Source: Dehalococcoidia bacterium (lineage in GTDB: Bacteria; Chloroflexota; Dehalococcoidia; Plut-88900). Taken from it: a DNA stretch of 64,000 nt. A program made the translations under genes and the position numbers. Each line of letters starts with the position of its first letter. Within the stretch, counting starts at the first letter, position 1. The notes beneath the pieces were generated by a model. That model searched no databases, was not told the origin of the DNA, and saw only the letters and a list, made by a program, of their open reading frames with translations. Positions 1 to 9,423 of the stretch are shown here, one piece after another. Location of the stretch: positions 448,307 to 512,306 of the forward strand of contig CBDFLQ010000006.1 in the NCBI GenBank assembly GCA_965249275.1, in the 5' to 3' direction.

Positions 1-91
1 AGGCCGCTAATACAGTAAAGCCCTGGTGCGTCCTTCTTGCAGCCATACCGTATGACGGGCGCAGTTCCAACAGCAGAAGTTTGCCTCTTCC

Positions 92-1786
92 CTATCTCGT
101 CCCCGGCGGCCCCACCCGCACCGTAATAATATCTGTGTCGCGGAACTGCTGGTGTCGCACCGAAGACGCGTAACGCCGCAGTAGCCGCAGAGAAATCTCC
201 GTGTCTATCGGTGTCTCCTCTTCATGGTCCTGCATCTGCCGGATTCTGTCCTCCAGGTTATCCTCGTTCCCACCACCAATGAATTCCAGGTCCGCCACCG
301 GCCCGTCGCTCGACGCAAGCACCACCAATTGACGACCATCCCCCTCTGCTTCATCTGCTAGGTCTTCAAGTTCCGCCTCAAAATCAATTGGTGCAAGCGT
401 CAGAAGCGTCTCCTCAGCCACCGCCGACAACCGGTCTTTCATTGTGTCATTCCAATGTCGGCTGTCCGAGAACCGGTGTACGAATTGCGTTAGTTCCACC
501 AGGGAATCTATGTGCAGCTTTGACTGAAACCTCATCCGTCTATGGCTCGTCAACTCTAGGAAGATGATCATCAGTACTGCCGACACCCCACCCGTGGTAA
601 CTGCACTCTTGAGCAGCGCCCCAATCACCGGCCCCAGGTCCGGCAAATTGAACAGAGCGAACTGGAATGAAGCCCCTATCCAGAAGGATATCCCCGCTAC
701 CATCAGCCGGGATCTGTTCGGCTCATTCTGGATAACCGTACGCGCCCCATCAACGAAAAGCGACCCTACCACCAGTATCAAGTACCCTGCCATCACCGGG
801 CCCGGAATAGTGCTCAGTAGCCCCGAAACCTTCGGCACGAATGCCACTAATATGAACACAACCCCGATGACGTACCCAATCCTGCGCGACGCAACCCCCG
901 TGATCTGCGTGAAAGCCACCGCACCTGGGTTTATGACTAGCGGGACCCCACCGGCGACCCCCGACAACAGGTTTCCTATGCCGGTGCACGCCAGCGCCCC
1001 CTGCACTCTCCTGAAATCGATAGCTCGTGGCTCCCGGCTGGAGACCCGCTGCATGGAAATCGCCTCCCCGTTTACCTGTATGGAGATAATCACCCCCAGG
1101 AACAGGAAGGACGGCACTAACACCCAGAAGTCGATGTCAAAGTCGAGCCCCAGACCCGGCCATTCGCTCGGTACACCGACCCACGCCGCCTCCGTAACCC
1201 GGTCAATATCGTAGATTCCCAACCCCGCCGCCGCTGCACACCCCCCTGCGATACCTATTACCGGTGCCCACAACCGCATCACCGGTGTGCCCCTCAATGT
1301 TAGTGCGACAACTATGACGAGGGTGACAAGGGCGGTCAAAGGCGCGGCTGCCGACTCCTCCTGCGCCGCATCGTCGAGCAACGCAAACACCACCGAGGCC
1401 AATGTTATGGAAAGTATCATTATCACTGTGCCGCTCACTATCGGCGTTACGACTCGCCGCAGCACGAACAGCCACTTGGAAATAACCAACTGGAACAGCG
1501 CAGATGCAATGATCAGCGTAGTAAGGGTAGCCGGGCCCCCGTCGACTAACGCCGTGATGCAGAAAGGTATTGCGAAGGCAGCAGTGAACATTGGAAGCAC
1601 CGCGCCGGCGCCCACAGGGCCCAGCCGCCTAACCTGGAGCAGAGTCGACACCCCCACCACCAGCAGCGACGCGAACACCATCCAGATTAGGTAAGACTCG
1701 TCCCCACCTGACTCCTTTGCCACTACCACCGGTGTCACCAGCAAAGTCGCCGAGGCGATCATGCTGAACTGCAACCCGAGTCCCAA
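92..1786 (-). CDS. NCS2 / xanthine-uracil permease-like transporter with an acidic C-terminal cytoplasmic extension of about 150 aa
   Basis: 564-aa ORF with about 12 hydrophobic segments. LGLGLQFSMIA near the N-terminus and IPGPVMAGYLILVVGSLF resemble NCS2 signature regions. The listed start is TTG, and the frame stays open about 34 codons further upstream (stop at 1889-1891) with no ATG or GTG, so the start is uncertain. Confidence 0.6.
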   Translation of the reverse strand: MGLGLQFSMIASATLLVTPVVVAKESGGDESYLIWMVFASLLVVGVSTLLQVRRLGPVGAGAVLPMFTAAFAIPFCITALVDGGPATLTTLIIASALFQLVISKWLFVLRRVVTPIVSGTVIMILSITLASVVFALLDDAAQEESAAAPLTALVTLVIVVALTLRGTPVMRLWAPVIGIAGGCAAAAGLGIYDIDRVTEAAWVGVPSEWPGLGLDFDIDFWVLVPSFLFLGVIISIQVNGEAISMQRVSSREPRAIDFRRVQGALACTGIGNLLSGVAGGVPLVINPGAVAFTQITGVASRRIGYVIGVVFILVAFVPKVSGLLSTIPGPVMAGYLILVVGSLFVDGARTVIQNEPNRSRLMVAGISFWIGASFQFALFNLPDLGPVIGALLKSAVTTGGVSAVLMIIFLELTSHRRMRFQSKLHIDSLVELTQFVHRFSDSRHWNDTMKDRLSAVAEETLLTLAPIDFEAELEDLADEAEGDGRQLVVLASSDGPVADLEFIGGGNEDNLEDRIRQMQDHEEETPIDTEISLRLLRRYASSVRHQQFRDTDIITVRVGPPGTR

Positions 1787-2069
1787 AGTGGACTTAAAAG
1801 GCGGGTTTTCGTCGACCTCGTACCGAGGGTTCCGTACCGCTCCTGTCGCCGTTGGAATTGCCTCCCAATCTTGTTTGTGGGACAGAGCCTAGTGGATTCT
1901 ACTAAGATTCACCGCACGTTGCGACATTACCACCAACCTAAATTAAGTCCATGACCGTATTAAACGAATTTCTAGTCACCAATTCCTAGAAAATCGGCGT
2001 AAAGGGTTCGAAAATGGATCAGTTGAGAAACCGTAGAATCGCCCTAACTCATCTCACCAAACTTACGTC

Positions 2070-5000
2070 TTGTGCTATGTTCTACCTATGCAAACCGGCG
2101 ACGCCAGCACAGGTCACGTCACTATGGACCGATTCTCCCCGGCAATGACCGAAGCCCTGTGGCAATTGGTAAAAGACGCCAAGCGCACCGATATCCTTGC
2201 CCCAGTCACCGTCATCGGCCCGACCCAGTACGCCAATCTCACCCTCCGTCAGGAACTCGGACGCACTGGATTCGTCAATGTGCGGTTCATCGTCATGGGT
2301 CACCTCTCGGAACTGCTTGGCGCGGCCGAACTGGCTAGAGAGGGACGCAGCCCCTTGACCCGAGTCATAGAGACCATGTCGATCAGGCAGGTGTTGGACC
2401 AACATTCGAACTTGCTGGCCCCGGTACGGGGGCACGTCGCAACCCAGGCCCGAGTTCGCAGCTGTTTCAAAGATCTGCGTCGAACCGGCGAGGACGTCTT
2501 GACCGCTTTGGAATCTCAGGATGGCGTCCGCAGCGAGGTCGTTCGGCTATACCGGGCCTTTCGCCAGGAAACGTGTACAAAATGGTACGACTCTGAGGAC
2601 TTGGCCAAAGCCGCCGCTAATGCCGTCCGTTCAGATGAGTCCTCCGGCCTCGCCGATTTGGGCTTGATTATCTTCTATCTCCCCCACAATCCTAGCCCCG
2701 CGGAACAAAAGCTCATCGAGGCGCTGGTTTCTCGGGCGCGGTGTACCGTCCTAATTGGCTCCACCGGCGATCCTGTCACCGACCAGCAAGCAACCGCTCT
2801 AGCAGAGGCTCTAACCCCGATACTTGGAACTGCTCTGCCGGAAGAACCTGCTAAGCTGCCTCTCCTCCCGGGTGAAGCACAAATACACATCGCTCCCACA
2901 GCCCGAGAAGAGCTCCGGCGAGTCGTGCGCGGAATATTAGAGGAGGTTGCGAAGAGACAGACACCCTTCCACAAAATCGCCGTTCTGTATCGCATACGTG
3001 ACCCCTACGCCGCGCTCATTCACCACGAGCTCCATGAGGCTGACATTCCCGTAGCCGGACCCGGAGCAGGCTTGCTCCGCGACACGGCCTCAGGCCGGAC
3101 TCTCATGGGGCTCCTTGACTTGGCGGACGGCGAATTCCCCCGCGCCCGAGTCATGGCCTGGCTCACCGGCTGCCCTGTCCACCCCAAGGATGCACAGGAA
3201 GCCATCAACCCCAGTACCTGGGACGCACTCACCAAGCGGGCGGGGATAGTAGGAGGGCTGGGCCAGTGGCAAGGTCGCCTGGATCATTATGCAAAAGAGA
3301 TTGAAGCTGACACCGAATCCCGTCTCGCCAGAGATGAAATAACCGAGGCCCGCGCCAACACCCTGTATCAAGAGGCTGCCACCGCTAAAAGTATCGGCAA
3401 ATTTATTGATGATTTGGGCCATCGGCTAACCCCGCCGAAGAACGGCAGCGAATGGGTTGACTTCTGCAATTGGGCACGTGGCCTTCTTGATCACTATCTG
3501 GACAAGAGCCTCCCTTCTACCGAGAACGCTGCCCTGGAAAAGATTTACCGCGCCCTGGAGGAGCTCAAAGCCGCAGACTCCGTCAAGGCAGGGACTACCC
3601 TGAAAGAGTTCCGGCAGACGGTGGACGATGCCTTGCAAGACTCCACTGGCCGACTTGGCGTCACTGGTCAGGGCGTCTTCGCTTCCAGCTTCGCTGCCGC
3701 CGCAGGCATGAACTTCGATGCACTATGGATGGTTGGCATGATCGAAGGCGCCGTGCCCCCCGAACCTCTCCTCCCGGAGGCCGACTGGCTGAGCGCAGGC
3801 GGGCCTTCACGACTCAAAAAGCACATCGCTCAGGAGCGTAGCGACTATCTCTCAGCGGTATCCTCCGCCCCGCGCCGAGTGCTTTCGTACCCCGCTGCGG
3901 GTGCCACATCAAACCGTAAAGCCTACCCATCGCGGTGGCTCTTGGAACAGGCCTCGGCTCTTGAGAACGAACCCATCCGGTCAAGTGACCTCTCCCGTCT
4001 AGCCGACCGACCGTGGCTTACCATGGATGCCTCCCCTGAGCATGCCCTCTCCTGCGTCCCCGAATCCTCCCTCGCCGACCTCCATGACTACACCCTCCAA
4101 AGGCTCCTGCACTGGAAGAGGAGTGGCAAAAGATTGGGGGGCCACCCCTTTGTAAAGGACGGAGCGCTGGCCCGGGCCATGCTCCTCGGAAGTCACCGAG
4201 ACGTCCCCCGGCTCACTGAGTTCGATGGCAATCTTTCATCAGTGGCCCAAACCGCAAGATTCAGTCGATCTTTGGATACCTCACCCATTTCCCCCACCCG
4301 GCTGGAAACTTGGGCCCGCTGCCCTTTCAGCTATTTTCTCGGACACGTACTAAGGTTGAGTGCCCTCGACACCCCGGAGGAGACCGTTGCCATCAGCGCC
4401 CTGGATAGGGGCGGCCTGATGCACAAGATTCTCGAACGCTTTTTCAACGAATCCAACACTCCTCCCCCAGGGCAGGACTGGACCCCCGAGGACCGCACCC
4501 GTCTAACACTCATTGCGCACCAGGAATTCGCTAGGGTGGAAAACCGAGGCGTTACCGGCAAACCCATCCTATGGGAGCTCGACAAAGAGGAATTGCTCTC
4601 CGACCTGGATACCTTCCTCGAAGAGGACTCCAATCTGAGACAAGAACATGGTTCTACTAGTATCGAGGTGGAATTGAATTTTGGCTCCGCGGGTAATACA
4701 CCCACAGTGACCGATGCGGAATCGCCGCTCCGTTTCAGCGGCCAGATCGACCGTATAGACCTCACCGCCGACGGCAGGTCGGTCCTGGTCATCGACTACA
4801 AGACCGGCAGACCTGATTATTTTCGAGGCTTGGAGAAAGACGCTATAGACCGCGGCAAACATCTCCAGCTGGCCATCTACTCCCTTGCCGCCCGAGAAAT
4901 ATTCCCCAAGGCCGAGCAGGTCCGCGCCGCCTACTGGTTCGCCACCACAAAAGGAGGCTTTAGGCGGCTCCCTTCCCAGCACTTTGATCTTGGAGACCCC

Positions 5001-5234
5001 CAGACTCTGGAGCGATTCCGGCAGGGTGTATCTACCATCTCCGATGGAATTCGTGCTGGAGCTTTCCCCGCCAACCCCGGCCCCCCGGATCGGAATAAGA
5101 ATGCCAACTGCACCTACTGCGACTTCGATGCCATCTGCCCCTCCCGCCGAGCCGACCTCTGGGACCGGAAGAAGCAAGACCCACTTCTGTCTCGGTACCT
5201 GGAACTCGCCGAGGGAGAGGAGGAACAGTCGTGA
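2070..5234 (+). CDS. addB: AddB-like nuclease subunit of a helicase-nuclease (PD-(D/E)XK domain with a 4-Cys Fe-S motif)
   Basis: 1054 aa. C-terminal nuclease motif GQIDRIDL...VLVIDYKTG. Cys pattern WARCPFSYF plus CTYCDFDAIC. No clear Walker A. A 4-nt GTGA overlap couples it to the downstream UvrD-like gene. The start (2070, or internal ATGs at 2088/2124) is uncertain. Confidence 0.75.
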   Translation: MCYVLPMQTGDASTGHVTMDRFSPAMTEALWQLVKDAKRTDILAPVTVIGPTQYANLTLRQELGRTGFVNVRFIVMGHLSELLGAAELAREGRSPLTRVIETMSIRQVLDQHSNLLAPVRGHVATQARVRSCFKDLRRTGEDVLTALESQDGVRSEVVRLYRAFRQETCTKWYDSEDLAKAAANAVRSDESSGLADLGLIIFYLPHNPSPAEQKLIEALVSRARCTVLIGSTGDPVTDQQATALAEALTPILGTALPEEPAKLPLLPGEAQIHIAPTAREELRRVVRGILEEVAKRQTPFHKIAVLYRIRDPYAALIHHELHEADIPVAGPGAGLLRDTASGRTLMGLLDLADGEFPRARVMAWLTGCPVHPKDAQEAINPSTWDALTKRAGIVGGLGQWQGRLDHYAKEIEADTESRLARDEITEARANTLYQEAATAKSIGKFIDDLGHRLTPPKNGSEWVDFCNWARGLLDHYLDKSLPSTENAALEKIYRALEELKAADSVKAGTTLKEFRQTVDDALQDSTGRLGVTGQGVFASSFAAAAGMNFDALWMVGMIEGAVPPEPLLPEADWLSAGGPSRLKKHIAQERSDYLSAVSSAPRRVLSYPAAGATSNRKAYPSRWLLEQASALENEPIRSSDLSRLADRPWLTMDASPEHALSCVPESSLADLHDYTLQRLLHWKRSGKRLGGHPFVKDGALARAMLLGSHRDVPRLTEFDGNLSSVAQTARFSRSLDTSPISPTRLETWARCPFSYFLGHVLRLSALDTPEETVAISALDRGGLMHKILERFFNESNTPPPGQDWTPEDRTRLTLIAHQEFARVENRGVTGKPILWELDKEELLSDLDTFLEEDSNLRQEHGSTSIEVELNFGSAGNTPTVTDAESPLRFSGQIDRIDLTADGRSVLVIDYKTGRPDYFRGLEKDAIDRGKHLQLAIYSLAAREIFPKAEQVRAAYWFATTKGGFRRLPSQHFDLGDPQTLERFRQGVSTISDGIRAGAFPANPGPPDRNKNANCTYCDFDAICPSRRADLWDRKKQDPLLSRYLELAEGEEEQS

Positions 5235-8200
5235 GTAACTCGGCAACCTTCAAGCCCCGAGACCAAGCGGCCCGGGACACCATCGCCAGCAACCTGCAAG
5301 ACACCCTCTTCATCGAGGCCAGCGCCGGTACCGGCAAGACCACTAGCCTCGTCAATCGGGTGGTCAACATGATCGCCACTGGTACTGCCACCCTCGACAA
5401 GATCGCAGCCATAACCTTCACCGAGGCCGCCGCCGCCGAGCTTCGAGAGGGCATCCGCGAAGAGCTTGAGAAGGCCGCTGCCGATTGCGCACGCAGTACT
5501 GACGAGCGAGACCGTTGCCAACAAGGCATCTCCGATCTGGACCAGTCCGCTATCCAGACACTGCATGCCTTCGCTGCACTCCTCCTCCACGAGCGTCCCC
5601 TGGAAGCCGGACTGCCCCCATCTTTCGAGGTGAGCGACGAGATGAAATCTGGCGTAAGGTTTAATGAGGAGTGGGACAAGTGGCTTGATAGAGCACTGGA
5701 AGACCCCTCCCTGGCTGACCACCTCTCCCGAGCCCTCACCCTCGGCCTAACCTTGGATAAGCTCAAGGACATAGCCCAAGCATTTCATAACAACTACGAC
5801 TACATCGCCAACACCGTATTTGCATCCGAACCCCCCACCCCACAGGCGGCCCAGTCCCTAGTCGATGCCAGGGCCGGCCTGGAACATCTCTGCACCCTTT
5901 CTCAAATCGGCCCTGGCGACAAACTGTTTGACCTCGTCCAAAGCAAGCTGGGAACTATCCGCCGATTGAAGGATGGCAAACCAGGTTCCAATCTATCCTA
6001 TCGCTTGCTAAAACGGCTTCTACCCCTGAAGTGTGGCTTGGGTAGGCAATCGGACTGGAATACGGATTCGGAGACGCATGAGAACGGCTGCAAGAGTCTG
6101 AAAGATTTGCTCAAACTCCTTGACGAAAAAGTGAGTTCGGAGATCACAAGAACCCGACGCACCGCCCTGATGCCCATTCTCGAAGCCCTGCGGAGGTTCG
6201 CAATTGACTATGCCGAAAGGCGCCGCACCGAGGGCCGCGCCGAGTTCCAAGACCTTCTAGTCTGGGCCCGAGACCTCCTACGCGACGACCTGGAAGTTCG
6301 TGACCATTTCCAGAAACGTTTCTCCCATCTCCTCATCGACGAGGTCCAGGACACCGACCCTCTTCAAGCTGAGATAGCCATGTTCCTCGCCGAGGCCGTT
6401 CCCCACGGTCAGCCCCTCGCTCCACGCCCCGATTCCTGGCTCGACGTAACTCCTGAAAAGGGCAAGCTGTTCGTGGTCGGTGACCCCAAGCAGTCTATAT
6501 ATCGCTTCCGCCGCGCGGACGTCGAGCAGATGAATCAACTCCGGGAACGCATGGAAGCCGCCGGGGGTAATGCCCTGAGCCTCGTCCAGAATTTTCGCTC
6601 TCACCGGCCGATAGTTGCCTGGGTCAACCACCTCTTCTCCCAATGGATGGACGGAGATGAGACCCAGGCCCGATACGAGGAGATGCACCATCGCTGGGAT
6701 GCGGACAATACCGATCCCTTCCATCCCCGGGTCTGGGCCCTCTCCGACATCGAGACTAAGGACAACATAGGCGTAGTCCGCAATCAAGAGGCCGAAGACA
6801 TCGCGGATCTGCTCAGTCAGATGGTCGCCCAAAAATGGAAGGTGTTGGACAAGGAAAAGTCCGAAAAATCAGAGAACGCTACATATCGGTGTGTCGGCTA
6901 CTCCGACATCTGCATTCTCATGCCAACCCGCACTGGCCTCGCTAACCTCGAACGCGGGCTCGAAGCAAGAAATATCCCCTTTCGCCTCGAAAACGCCTCC
7001 CTCATATTCGAAACCCAGGAGGTAAGAGACCTTCTCAACTGCCTGAAAGCAATCGACGACCCAGCCAATCAGATTGCAGTAGTCGGCGCCCTCCGGTCTA
7101 CCGTGTTCGGCTGCAGCGACATAGACCTCCTCCTTTACCACGAGGCCCACGGCAGCTTCGACTACTCCCGTGTCCATGAGAATGCGCCTTCGGGTCTTAT
7201 CCCCGACGCCCTCACCGTCCTCCGCACTTATCACGACGCTAGGATGTGGGAGTCCCCCGGTTCCCTAATTGATCGGTTCATCCGGGACAGGGGTTTGATG
7301 GAATCTGCCCTGGCCCACCCGCGCAGCCGAGAGCAATGGCGCCGCTACCGCTTCATGGTGGAGCAGGCTTGGCGCTTCGCCGAGGGCGGCGGTAACTCTT
7401 TGCGAGCTTTCGTCGAATGGATCGAAGACCAGATCAACGAACGAGTCCGGGTTTCCGAGTCCCCCATCCCGGACTCTGACGAGGAAGCCGTACGAGTCAT
7501 GACCATCCACGGTGCGAAGGGTTTGGAATTTCCCGTCGTTGTCCTCACCGGCCTCAACTCCTCCGGCAGGCGGCAGAGTGACACCGTGATATTCGACCGA
7601 GTCAGGAAGCAGGTTGAGGTTGGCCTGGGCTCCAAAAATGACCGGAGCTCGACACCCGGCTACGAGGAGTTGGTAGAAAAAGAGAAACGGATGTGGGAGG
7701 CCGAGGACGTACGCCTGATGTACGTGGCCGCCACCCGCGCCCGTGACCATCTCATCCTTAGCCTTCGCCGTAAGGAGACCGGCAGCAGCTCAACTTCCAA
7801 AACCTTAGCTGCCACGATCTCCGAGACTATGCAAGGCTCGGGCCTCTGGGAGCCCGTTAACTTGGTAGACATGGACGAGTCCCATGGTTCCATTTCCGAC
7901 TCCATTTCCCAGGACCCTCCAAACTCCATCGACCATTCCATCGAGGCTCGTGACCGCTGGGTAATCGAAAGAGATAATTTGATAAAACGTATGGGTCGCC
8001 CGACCTATGTCTCCGCCACCTCCCTCGGTCGCCATGTCCAGGAACAGGAGGACAAGCCGGAACAGGAAAGCGATGAACCCTGGCGACGGGGCCGGGCCGG
8101 CACCTCAGTCGGGCGTGCCGTGCACGCTGTGCTTCAATCTATAGACCTAACCAAAGGCGCAGGCATCGGGGCCCGGTCTCGAGTTCAGGCTGCCGCTGAA

Positions 8201-8620
8201 GGTGTGCCTGACCGAGAAAAAGAAGTTGCCGGCCTCATCCGCGTCGCCGTGGAGAGTGACATAGTGCATCGCGCCGTGGCCTCCGGTCGGGTTTGGAGAG
8301 AGGTCCCTGTCGCAGCACCGACAGGCGACGGAGTCCTACATGGCTTCATCGATCTCTTGTTTGAAGAGGATGATGGATTGGTCATTGTCGACTACAAGAC
8401 CGATGCTGTATCCGCTTCGGAAACCCCCGAGGCCGTTCTCCGCTATCGATTGCAGGGTGGAGCCTACGCCCACGCCCTTCAAAAAATAACCGGGAAGCCT
8501 GTGAAGGAGGTTGTATTCCTATACCTGCATCCTCGCCGCGAGCAGAAGTTGGCCGACTTGTACCAAGCAACCCAGGACGCAGAAGCCGCCGCCAAGTCCA
8601 TCCTGGCCCCGGTCCCTTAG
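5231..8620 (+). CDS. addA: AddA-like UvrD/Rep-family helicase with C-terminal RecB-type nuclease
   Basis: 1129 aa. Walker A ASAGTGKTTS, LLIDEVQD (Walker B-like), FVVGDPKQSIYRFR, TIHGAKGLEF, and C-terminal GFIDLLFEEDDGLVIVDYKTD. GTG start overlaps the addB stop. Confidence 0.85.
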   Translation: MSNSATFKPRDQAARDTIASNLQDTLFIEASAGTGKTTSLVNRVVNMIATGTATLDKIAAITFTEAAAAELREGIREELEKAAADCARSTDERDRCQQGISDLDQSAIQTLHAFAALLLHERPLEAGLPPSFEVSDEMKSGVRFNEEWDKWLDRALEDPSLADHLSRALTLGLTLDKLKDIAQAFHNNYDYIANTVFASEPPTPQAAQSLVDARAGLEHLCTLSQIGPGDKLFDLVQSKLGTIRRLKDGKPGSNLSYRLLKRLLPLKCGLGRQSDWNTDSETHENGCKSLKDLLKLLDEKVSSEITRTRRTALMPILEALRRFAIDYAERRRTEGRAEFQDLLVWARDLLRDDLEVRDHFQKRFSHLLIDEVQDTDPLQAEIAMFLAEAVPHGQPLAPRPDSWLDVTPEKGKLFVVGDPKQSIYRFRRADVEQMNQLRERMEAAGGNALSLVQNFRSHRPIVAWVNHLFSQWMDGDETQARYEEMHHRWDADNTDPFHPRVWALSDIETKDNIGVVRNQEAEDIADLLSQMVAQKWKVLDKEKSEKSENATYRCVGYSDICILMPTRTGLANLERGLEARNIPFRLENASLIFETQEVRDLLNCLKAIDDPANQIAVVGALRSTVFGCSDIDLLLYHEAHGSFDYSRVHENAPSGLIPDALTVLRTYHDARMWESPGSLIDRFIRDRGLMESALAHPRSREQWRRYRFMVEQAWRFAEGGGNSLRAFVEWIEDQINERVRVSESPIPDSDEEAVRVMTIHGAKGLEFPVVVLTGLNSSGRRQSDTVIFDRVRKQVEVGLGSKNDRSSTPGYEELVEKEKRMWEAEDVRLMYVAATRARDHLILSLRRKETGSSSTSKTLAATISETMQGSGLWEPVNLVDMDESHGSISDSISQDPPNSIDHSIEARDRWVIERDNLIKRMGRPTYVSATSLGRHVQEQEDKPEQESDEPWRRGRAGTSVGRAVHAVLQSIDLTKGAGIGARSRVQAAAEGVPDREKEVAGLIRVAVESDIVHRAVASGRVWREVPVAAPTGDGVLHGFIDLLFEEDDGLVIVDYKTDAVSASETPEAVLRYRLQGGAYAHALQKITGKPVKEVVFLYLHPRREQKLADLYQATQDAEAAAKSILAPVP

Positions 8621-8712
8621 GCCCCACAATCCTTCTATACAAGGAACCTAAGCAGGCTCAAGACTACAACCGAAACATCCCAGCTATGCTGGTAAAATAG
8701 ACTCCCGAGATC

Positions 8713-9387
8713 ATGCAGAATTCACAGCAACACGCTTTGACCGCCCCAACGAAGGGAGCATCCGGCCTTGGCGCAGGCCTCTTCCTTCTCATCACCGCCG
8801 TTGCCACCTTGGTCGCCGTGGTCACCAGGGTCTCCGCTAACGCCGACCAACCCACCCTCGCCGAGTCCCTCGTCGCCATCTCGGAAAACAAAGCTCTTTA
8901 TGCTTCTGGAGGCGGAGCGCGGTTTGTGTCCGGGGTGACGCTGATTGTCGCTGCTTGGTTCCTATCAAAGACGGGGATAGGTGAGAAACAACCCTCTGCA
9001 CGCATAGCCTCGTTTATCTTTGCTCTATCAGGCCTTTTCACTGCCATTTCCGGTGCTAGTGCCATCGCCTTAGCCAACGCTGCGCCAGCCACTACTGACG
9101 CCCTGCCCGAGACCACAGCCTACGTTCGATGGCTAACCGGCAAGATAGGCTTCACCCTTGCTGGTCTGGCCCTCATAGCAGAGGCAAGACGGCAGTGGAA
9201 TTTAGGAACGCCTTTCAAGTACCTTGCCCTCGCCTCGGTTGTCATAGGCATTCTTATGCAATTCATCTGGTGGGACGCCGCGACTGCCATTCACCGAATC
9301 ACCGGTATCGGTTTCCTATTCTGGCTTATTGTAGTAGGCATACTACTGCTCAAGGGCCATCCCAAACCTGCCTCTAGGACAGCGTAG
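8713..9387 (+). CDS. Hypothetical integral membrane protein
   Basis: 224 aa with 5-6 hydrophobic helices. No catalytic motif recognised. Confidence 0.5.
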   Translation: MQNSQQHALTAPTKGASGLGAGLFLLITAVATLVAVVTRVSANADQPTLAESLVAISENKALYASGGGARFVSGVTLIVAAWFLSKTGIGEKQPSARIASFIFALSGLFTAISGASAIALANAAPATTDALPETTAYVRWLTGKIGFTLAGLALIAEARRQWNLGTPFKYLALASVVIGILMQFIWWDAATAIHRITGIGFLFWLIVVGILLLKGHPKPASRTA

Positions 9388-9423
9388 ATTAGTAACCCCG
9401 ATCTACAAGGAACATCCTCACCA

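Noticed and set aside
2070-8620. The helicase-nuclease pair as a possible phage-defence system (Gabija- or Hachiman-like)
   Set aside because: The gene order (nuclease subunit with a 4-Cys Fe-S motif first, then a UvrD-like helicase with a C-terminal RecB nuclease), the sizes and the GTGA coupling fit housekeeping AddAB/AdnAB. No OLD/TOPRIM or other defence partner is present.
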